DNA from: an uncultured delta proteobacterium
Lineage (GTDB): Bacteria; Desulfobacterota; Binatia; UBA9968
Direction of reading: 5' to 3'
NCBI GenBank assembly: GCA_963804165.1
Contig: CAWDPO010000044.1
Span: forward strand, 1-33,562
DNA length: 33,562 nt
The notes beneath the pieces are model-generated. The model saw only the letters and a program-made list of their open reading frames with translations, did no database searches and was not told the DNA's origin. This document shows, piece after piece, positions 10,139 through 17,800 of this stretch (its first letter is position 1; each line of letters begins with the position of its first letter). The translations under genes and the position numbers were made by a program.

Positions 10139-11076
10139 CGTAAACTCCGGAACCTCGGTATAGGATGTCAGAGAAAATATCACACCTCCCCGTGACATCT
10201 CCACCGTTGAGTTTCGCCCGCGTACGTCTCCGGGAAACTGACATGGGGGCCGGATAAGCCACATGCGCATCGCTTCGCGGAATCCATTAAGGATCCAGAA
10301 ACTTGCGCTGCCGTGCTGCGACAAACCAATAGAAGTGCAGGGAAACCAGGAAACTATCGGTTCTCGAAATTCGCCGGACTGGATGGGCTATCGCGTTTCA
10401 GTCGATTCGCTGATGCCTCAGCCTCGTAACGAAAGGCGCAAGGGTCATCGGGGTGTTCACTGCATTCCCGCAGTTTCTTCAGGGCGTAAAGACCGACAAT
10501 CGCCAGTCCTTCTGCGGAACTTCGCTAACCAGCATGGGCCAGCCTCGGTAGGCGTTCCGCCTCTGGTCGTTTTTCACACCCGGTAACAAGAGCGAAAGTC
10601 ATGGCAAGCGCAAGACTCGACAACTCCTGTTTCATATTTGTCATAGGGGCCTCTCTCACGCGAATGATTCCTATGCATGTTGGCATTCGAAATTTTCACG
10701 CCATTGATCCAACACACGGTAGATTTTACTTGTTCGCTCTGCTTGTCCGAGCCGATTCAAGTCTCGAATCGCAAGCGACAACTTTCTGCTGCGATCGATC
10801 CACGTGTATTCAATGTACGGTCGCTTTGATACTACGAAATGCCTGGCCGGGAGGTCGAAATTCCTTAGAAGCTGTTATTCTCCCGGCGATGGAACGAAGT
10901 AGGAAAGGCAAATGAAGGCTCGAAGAAAAAGCGAGGATAACCCAAACACTCAAATTACTATTTTATTTTGTTCGAAAAATCTGTCGATGATAAGACCCGA
11001 CGATTTCACCGACTGTTAGCTTGGTAAAAGCGCAATTCGTCAAGGCCGCGCCTTACGATTAGCTTCCGGGATTGAG

Positions 11077-11110
11077 GCGTGTGCGCCGCAGCCTATTGCG
11101 CCGCACACGC
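11077..11110. terminator. Hairpin downstream of the OmpA gene
   Basis: GCGTGTGCG/CGCACACGC 9-bp stem extended by CGCA/TGCG; no clear U-tract. Confidence 0.3.
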
Positions 11111-11181
11111 TCGTTCAATCTCAAGCCTTTATCTAGTTGCTTTCACAGCGACGGAGGAAGCTTTGCGCGCTCTCCTTCCGT

Positions 11182-11892
11182 TCATTGGACTTTGATCTCG
11201 ACGCGACGGTTTTTAGACCGACCTTCCCTGGTCTTATTGTCGGCGATCGGTTTGCTTTCGCCAAACCCTTGACCGGACACACGACCCGTGTCCACGCCCT
11301 TCTTCACGACGTAATCTTTCACCGAATTGACGCGCCGTTCAGAGAGCGCTTGGTTGTAAGCCTCGGTACCGACATTATCCGTATGACCGGAAAGGCCGAC
11401 TTTCTGGTCCTTGTTCTCGTTCATAAACGCAACCAAGCGATCCAAAATCGCTCCGGCTTCCGGCTTGACGTTGCTCTTATCAAAGTCAAAGAGAACGTCG
11501 TCCAAAATGATCGTCCGTTCGACCTTCGGCGCCGGTTTTGGCGGTGGTGGAGGCGGCGGTGGCGGAGGCGGTGGCGCCGCCTTTGGTGGAGGCGGCGGTG
11601 GCGGAGGTGGTGGTGGCGGAGGCGGTGGTGGTGGTGGTTTCGGATCTTCAGTCATGAGGTAGGCTAAACCACCGCAGATCAAGGCCCAGGAGGTCGCACC
11701 GATTGCCGCCCCGACGGCCTCATTGCGATGTTTCCCGTTGACCCCTTGATGTGCAACTGCAGCTCCACCGGCAGCACCCATCGCACCGCAGGTCGCGGCG
11801 CCGACTAGGGCAGCCTGGTTCTTCGTCATCCCCGTGCAGCCCGTCAGAAAAAATCCCAGCACACCCAACGCTAGCTGTCTATTGTGCTTCAT
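11182..11892 (-). CDS. OmpA-family peptidoglycan-binding lipoprotein with glycine zipper and polyproline linker
   Basis: Lipobox LTG-C; VLFDFDKS, GHTDNVG, NQALSERR, GFGESKP, NRRVEI. Confidence 0.95.
   Translation of the reverse strand: MKHNRQLALGVLGFFLTGCTGMTKNQAALVGAATCGAMGAAGGAAVAHQGVNGKHRNEAVGAAIGATSWALICGGLAYLMTEDPKPPPPPPPPPPPPPPPPPPKAAPPPPPPPPPPPPKPAPKVERTIILDDVLFDFDKSNVKPEAGAILDRLVAFMNENKDQKVGLSGHTDNVGTEAYNQALSERRVNSVKDYVVKKGVDTGRVSGQGFGESKPIADNKTREGRSKNRRVEIKVQ
11539..11637 (-). repeat. CCN codon tract encoding Pro18-KAA-Pro12
   Basis: Direct codon count; only CCA, CCG and CCT are used. Confidence 0.95.
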
Positions 11893-11991
11893 TTTTCCCC
11901 CTCGATGTTTTAATTTCGGAGAAAATTCCGACCCTCGCCGATTCTACACAACGAAACTGTGCAAACGTAAAATAGTCTTAGGATCAGTGCA

Positions 11992-12030
11992 ATCAGGAAA
12001 ACCCCTAGTCTAACCGACGTTTTTCCTTAG
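11992..12030 (-). promoter_or_regulatory. Bipartite candidate TF site upstream of the OmpA gene
   Basis: CTAAGGAAAAACG (identical 13-mer to the aqpZ site)-N10-TAGGGGTTTTCCTG. The second box reads CAGGAAAACCCCTA on the opposite strand. Confidence 0.7.
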
Positions 12031-12154
12031 GTTCCCAAAACGTTTTTTGAGCACCCGCCGTATCGGGGCTTATCCACAGCGATTGCGTCACTTTTGTCGG
12101 AGACTCTCAAGATTTACGAAAGACTTCGCGCATGTACTTAAATTTCATCGTCGT

Positions 12155-12871
12155 CTAAAGCGAAGTCAAACCTTCACGGATGCAATATTTTGTCAGGCCG
12201 GCAGTGGTTCGAATACCGAGTTTATCCATGATCTGTTTACGATGGGTCTCGATCGTTTTCACACTCACTTCGAGGGTGGCGGCGATCTCTTTTGTCGACT
12301 TGCCGTCCGCGATCAGTTGCAGGACTTGCAGTTCCCTCCTGGTGAGCCGTTGCACATCGGCAACGTTCTTCATCGACAAAGCTGTCGCTTCGTTTTTTAA
12401 CGCAGCAGCGGTGGTGATCGCCGGACTCAAATACATTCCACCTTTAGATACCGATCCCAACGCAGCGGCGAGATCCTCCAATGCGGAATCTTTGAGCAGA
12501 TAGGCGGAAGCTCCTGCCTGCAACACTTGAAGAATGTAATTTCGCGTCGCATGCATAGAAAGCACGACGACCTCGATGTCGGGCTGCTGGGATTTGATCT
12601 GCCGGGTAGCATCAATTCCGTTGAGATTGGGTAATACGATATCCATGACAACAATGTCGGGATGAAACTCCCTGGCCTTTTTCACCGCCTCGTACCCATC
12701 ACTTGCTTCCGCAACACATTCGTAGCCGAGCTTTTCTTCAAGCAACGACCGGAGGCCCTCGCGCATCATTCTATGGTCTTCGGCGATCAGAACACGTCGA
12801 TGGGTGGAACTGTTTTTTTGTGATCGGTCCATGCCACGCGCGGCTAAGGCTACAGTTTGTCGGTTCGGCAT
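12155..12871 (-). CDS. NarL/FixJ (LuxR-HTH) family response regulator, RR2
   Basis: IAEDH, VMDIVLP (phospho-Asp), YLLKD, LTRRELQVLQLIADGKSTKEIA...SVKTIETHRKQIMDKL. Confidence 0.95.
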   Translation of the reverse strand: MPNRQTVALAARGMDRSQKNSSTHRRVLIAEDHRMMREGLRSLLEEKLGYECVAEASDGYEAVKKAREFHPDIVVMDIVLPNLNGIDATRQIKSQQPDIEVVVLSMHATRNYILQVLQAGASAYLLKDSALEDLAAALGSVSKGGMYLSPAITTAAALKNEATALSMKNVADVQRLTRRELQVLQLIADGKSTKEIAATLEVSVKTIETHRKQIMDKLGIRTTAGLTKYCIREGLTSL

Positions 12872-12928
12872 TTTGGCGATGTTGACGCTCCCATGTGACA
12901 GTGTAATTCACGACGGCCCAGAAAATCC

Positions 12929-12968
12929 CATCGGGGTTTCCCTGAATTCTTAACTCGAAATCTCTTAG
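12929..12968 (-). promoter_or_regulatory. Bipartite candidate TF site upstream of RR2
   Basis: CTAAGAGATTTCG-N11-CAGGGAAACCCCGA-TG. Confidence 0.7.
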
Positions 12969-13002
12969 ATTGAAGGAATAGACGCTGTGTTACTTGCACA
13001 GG

Positions 13003-13650
13003 TTAATGGACTGACGTGATTCCTTCGCGGATCGCAAATTTAGTTAGATAAGCGATATTGGGCAGGTTCAATCGATCCATAATTTGCCGGCGGTGGGTCT
13101 CAACCGTTTTAACGCTCACGTAAAGGCTGGCAGCTATTTCTCTCGTGGATTTTCCCTCGGCAACCAGTTGGAGCACTTCGCGTTCTCGGCAGGATATTTT
13201 AGGGAGTTCACATCGAGACTCTGACAACCACTGCGCAACCGCTCTTCCAACCACGACGTCGGCAACATTTGACCCAATGTATTTTCGCCCCGCCAAAACC
13301 ACTTCTAACGCGCTGCTAATCTCCTCAATCCCCGAGTCTTTGAGCAAATATCCAGAAGCTCCAACCGCGAATGACTCCATGATGAAACGGGTTTCATTGT
13401 GCATGGACACAACCAACACCTTAACATCAGGAAATTCGCGATGGATTTGCCGGGTAAATGCGATTCCGTCGCAGCCTGGCATGCCAATGTCACTTATGAC
13501 AGCCGCCGGTTTGAGTTTTGCGACCAGCCTGATCGCAGCACGACCGTCGTCTGCTTCGCCGACAATTTGGAAATTCTTCTTTTCGAGAACGGACCTGAGG
13601 CCCGCTCTAAATAGGCGGTGATCATCTACGATTATGATTCTCGGCTCCAT
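13003..13650 (-). CDS. NarL/FixJ (LuxR-HTH) family response regulator, RR1
   Basis: IVDDH, ISDIGMP, YLLKD, REREVLQLVAEGKSTREIA...SVKTVETHRRQIMDRL; starts 4 nt after the kinase stop. Confidence 0.95.
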   Translation of the reverse strand: MEPRIIIVDDHRLFRAGLRSVLEKKNFQIVGEADDGRAAIRLVAKLKPAAVISDIGMPGCDGIAFTRQIHREFPDVKVLVVSMHNETRFIMESFAVGASGYLLKDSGIEEISSALEVVLAGRKYIGSNVADVVVGRAVAQWLSESRCELPKISCREREVLQLVAEGKSTREIAASLYVSVKTVETHRRQIMDRLNLPNIAYLTKFAIREGITSVH

Positions 13651-13654
13651 AATC

Positions 13655-14488
13655 TTAGCAGGCGCGATCGATCGGCAGAGTAATCATCGCTCTGGTCCCC
13701 TTGCCTACGTTAGAGAAGATGCGCAAGTGTCCGCGGAGAGGCGCGAGGCGAGCGCGGACACTGAACAATCCGAACCTACCGATGCTCAAGTCGGAGAGAA
13801 CTGTCTTATGGCGATCAAAGCCCTGGCCGTCGTCGGATACTTCGGTCACGACTGAGCCGGGTTTACGCGTCATAACGATTTTCACGCGAGAGGCGCGGGC
13901 ATGTTTGACTACATTGAAGAGAAGCTCGCGCACCGCCCGAAAAAGAACCTGCTGGACTTCGTCTTTCAATTCTTTTGGCGTCAAATCGAGATTGGCCGTA
14001 CAAATCAATCCGTGTTTTGTTTGTATCTCGTCCACTAACGATTGCAGAGCAGCCGTGAGGCCAATCTCGCACAGATGTTCCGGATACAATTCGTTAATGA
14101 CTGTACGCGTATGGTGAATAAGCTCACCAATAATCTCCTCGATTTCTTCGGCGTAACCGATGTATTGTGGAGGCAGCCTTTCCAACAATTGTCCTAACTT
14201 CATTTTTGCCACCAAAAGATCTTGGCCGAAGTGGTCATGTAGCTGTTCGGCAATCTTTTGTCTTTCATTCTCTTTAACGGAGGTCAATTCGCGTGCTAAC
14301 GCCTTAAGGGCCTCCTCATACTTCGCGGCTTTGATCGATGCGACGGTGGCAATAGACAAAACGTGACGAAAACGATCCCTGTCGAAACCCTCGTCGAGAA
14401 CGGCCTTTGGGAGATTCGCACCAGTAGAGAGTATCGGGGCTACAAATGAATCTCCGCGGAACTTGCTCGATGATCGGACTTTTTCCAT
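13655..14488 (-). CDS. Cytoplasmic HisKA_3/HATPase_c histidine kinase without a recognisable sensor domain
   Basis: ERQKIAEQLHDHFGQDL (H box), ELLFNVVKHA (N box), DDGQGF (G1), GRFGL (G2); AGGAG RBS; no TM segment. Confidence 0.92.
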   Translation of the reverse strand: MEKVRSSSKFRGDSFVAPILSTGANLPKAVLDEGFDRDRFRHVLSIATVASIKAAKYEEALKALARELTSVKENERQKIAEQLHDHFGQDLLVAKMKLGQLLERLPPQYIGYAEEIEEIIGELIHHTRTVINELYPEHLCEIGLTAALQSLVDEIQTKHGLICTANLDLTPKELKDEVQQVLFRAVRELLFNVVKHARASRVKIVMTRKPGSVVTEVSDDGQGFDRHKTVLSDLSIGRFGLFSVRARLAPLRGHLRIFSNVGKGTRAMITLPIDRAC

Positions 14489-14529
14489 AAGTCTCCTTGA
14501 CGCACGTTACACAATCGCTCAGAAAAGGC

Positions 14530-14545
14530 GCAATTAGGGTGCCAA
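14530..14545 (-). promoter_or_regulatory. Sigma-54 (-24/-12) promoter of the kinase-RR1 operon
   Basis: TTGGCACCCTAATTGC is an exact TGGCAC-N5-TTGC match, ending ~41 bp before the kinase ATG. Confidence 0.85.
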
Positions 14546-14721
14546 AAGACAAGGAAACGGAGCCGACGATCTAAGATAAGGCTCGTCGGCCCAAGAGTGG
14601 CTCCGCTGGTTCAGCGTCGAAGGTTTATTTTCAAGAAGGCGAGAAATGCAAATGCGGCGACACCGAGACCACTAATCAGTAAAGAGAATTTGGCCGGTAA
14701 ACCTCTCAATAGCTGCTACAA

Positions 14722-14734
14722 AATTAAGCAGTTA
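14722..14734. promoter_or_regulatory. Candidate IHF site
   Basis: AATTAAGCAGTTA has one mismatch to WATCAANNNNTTR, in an AT-rich tract between the putative enhancer and the sigma-54 promoter. Confidence 0.45.
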
Positions 14735-14835
14735 TTTAGTATAGAAACCAATGCGAGTAAATCATTGTTAACTGTTTTTGACATGGTCAAACAGGGCACG
14801 GTTAACCACTAAGATTGCTAATCAGACACCGACCT

Positions 14836-14873
14836 ACTCACTATTTCGTGGTTTTACCACTAAATTTCGTGGT
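14836..14873. promoter_or_regulatory. Candidate upstream activating sequence (tandem EBP sites)
   Basis: Near-palindrome ACCACTAAATTTCGTGGT (14856-14873); ATTTCGTGGTTTTA repeated at 21-bp spacing; ACCACTAA also at 14668 and 14805. Confidence 0.6.
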
Positions 14874-14874
14874 T

Positions 14875-17800
14875 TTAGCCAAGAACTCCAGAATTTATCG
14901 GCCTGTGGATTTCGAGTTTCTTCATGCGCGAGCGTAGCGTATTGGGATGCAGCCCTAAAATCATCGCCGCCCCCTTCGGCCCCTCAATCCGCCAATTCGT
15001 TTGGTGCAAGACCTTAAGGATGCGCGTCCGTTCGAATTCCTCCAGCGTTAATGGCAGATCCCCACCGTCATTCTGGCTTTTGCTTTTTTCTGGAGTTACT
15101 CCAGCAGGTGATGCATGTGAAAAAATCTCGGCCCCTTGAGCTCGATTCCACCCTTCTGGCAGTTGGAGGGTTGGACCTGTGGAGGTGACGGTCGCTCTGC
15201 CGATCACATTCTCCAACTCGCGCACGTTGCCGGGCCAACTATAGCCCTGCAACGCTTCGATCACTTCACTCGGTATTTTCCCAAAACTCTTCCCCAACCG
15301 CCGCCCCGCTTCCTGTAAAAATACCTCTGCCAATAACCCAATGTCTTCTCTGCGCTCCCTCAGCGGCGGAATCTCGATCGGATAAACATTTAACCGATAG
15401 TATAAATCGGTGCGAAATCTCCCCCGTTGCGCCGCTTCGCTCAGATTGCGGTTGGTCGCCGCGATCACCCGCACATCGACCTTGACCGTCTTGCCGCTCC
15501 CCACCCGCTCAAACTCCCCCTCCTGCAATACCCTCAATAACTTCGACTGCAGCCTTAACGGCAGTTCGCCCACCTCGTCGAGAAATATCGTCCCCCCATC
15601 GGCTAACTCAAACCGTCCCACCTGCTTGGAGACCGCCCCCGTAAACGCTCCCCGCTCATGACCAAACAACTCACTCTCGATCAGCTCCCCAGGCAGTGCC
15701 GAACAGTTCACCTTCACCAACGGCCGCTCCCGCCGCCCGCTCTTCTCATGTAACAATCGCGCCACCAATTCTTTTCCCGTCCCGGTCTCGCCCAACACCA
15801 ATACCGTCATGTCCGTCCGCGCCACCCGCTCCACTTGCTCTAAAACCTTCCCGATCCCTTGACTCTCCCCGAGGATCTCCCCGTACCGATGAACACCCGA
15901 TACCTCAGAGCGCAAATACACGTTCTCCGCTTCCAACCGCTCCTTTAACCGCTTCACCTCCGCTAGTGCCTCCTTCAACTCTTCCTCCGCTCGCTTGCGG
16001 TCCGTGATGTCATGAGTGACCGCAAGTTGCGCGACGATACTTCCGTTCTTCGCCCGCAGCGGCGCAGCGTGCGACTCCATCCAGCGTCGCTTGCCCTTGA
16101 GTCCCACGATTTCAAACTGGGCGACTCCTCTTTCTCCCTGACAAACCCGGTCATGCAGTTTCTTATAGGTAGCGCGCCACTCCGGCGCGACGATCGCGAG
16201 AACGGACTGTCCGACGACATCGTCTAAAGAATCGGCCTGAATCATGGCTAATCCGGCCGGATTCATATCCAACAAGCGAGTATCTGGTGCCACCAGTTTC
16301 ACACATTCCGGTTCTGATTCAAAAATTGTGCGCCGCAGACTTTCGCTATCGCGTAGCGCCTCCTCGACTTGCTTGCGCTCGGTGATGTCGATAGATAACC
16401 CGAGCAATACCGAGACGTGACCATCGGACCCAAAAATCGCGTGGCCTCGGCCGGCGATCCAGCGAATCGAACCGTCAGGCCGGACGATTCGATATTCACT
16501 ATCGGAAATTTCCGTGGTCTGAAGATCTCGCTCAGCTCGCAAGCGAATCTTCTCGCGATCTTCCGGATGGACCATGGCCAAAAAATCTGCCTGATTCGAT
16601 TTCAGGCTTCCCGGAGTCACACCCAATATGCGCTCTAGTCCCTCAGACCGTGTAACCTTGCGAGTGTCAACTTCCAATTCCCAATACCCCATCCGAGCAC
16701 TTTCCATTGCAAGCTTCAGTCGCGCCTCGCTTTCACGAAGGGCCCGCTCCGCCCGCTTGCGCTCAACGAACAGTCCCATTTGGCTGCCGACGTTAGACAT
16801 CATTTGGAGCAGCGCATCGTCGGGCTTACGAATCTCGCGGCTAAAAAAACCCATGACACCGAAGGCTTCGTCGCCTCGATGGATGGGGAACGCGCAAGCG
16901 CTATGAAGACCTGCCTCGGCGGCCAACGACTTGCGCGAAAAATTGTTATCAGCCGTTACGTCGGGAATCCACGCGGGTTGACAGGTTTGCCAAACGCGGC
17001 CCGGCGAACCGACACCGGGGGCAAAGGTAACTTGCCGACTCGCGGACCAGAATTCGGCTAAGTCTTGCGATGGCAAGTGCCAGCTTGCGCGAGATGTCAG
17101 GATGTTTGTTCCCTGGTCTACTTGCCAGATTTCGCCGTATTGCCAATCAAGACAGGAACAGATCGATTGCAAGATTTTCGGCGCAGCCTCGGCCATCGAA
17201 GCAGACTCCGAAAGTATCCGGGTGATGTCGTATTGTGCATTTAGCCGGGACTCCGCTTGCTTGCGCTCGCTTATATCCACGGCAGAAGCCATATACCCGA
17301 GGAAGATGCCGTCGGGCCCGAAGCGCGGCATACCGTTATTGAGAATCCATCGATATTCGCCGTCAGCTCTGCGCAACCGATATTCCATTGAAAAGTCTTG
17401 CCGTCTGTCAAAGGATTCCATGTACGTCCGGAGAAAACGATCAAGATCTTCCGCGTGGACTCCTTCGGACCAGCCGTTGCCAAGCTCCTGGTCAAGCGTT
17501 CGTCCCGTGAAGTCGAGCCAACCTTTGCTAAAAAACGAGCAAAGTTTGTCCGTGCTGGATACCCAGATCATTATGGGCGCCGCGTCCGCAAGATTTCGAA
17601 ACCGATTTTCGGTCTCGCCGAGGATCTGTATTTTCTCAAACCGTTCTGCAAAAAGAGACGCCAGCAGAAGAAGCGGGAAATAAAGAACAATCAAGAACAT
17701 CTGTAGCCAAAAAATATTATCGGCCGGCAATTGGCTAACGAAGGGACCATTGCCAGCAAGTGCATTCATCATCGTCATGAACGCAAACGCTAGAAATGAA

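Noticed and set aside
10430-10480. Cobalamin-riboswitch-like GGGAATGCAGTGAA on the minus strand
   Set aside because: The other conserved elements (CCCGCAACTG, B12 box) are missing.
11137-11667. Plus-strand ORFs rich in Arg/Trp or Gly repeats
   Set aside because: Antisense shadows of the OmpA polyproline tract.
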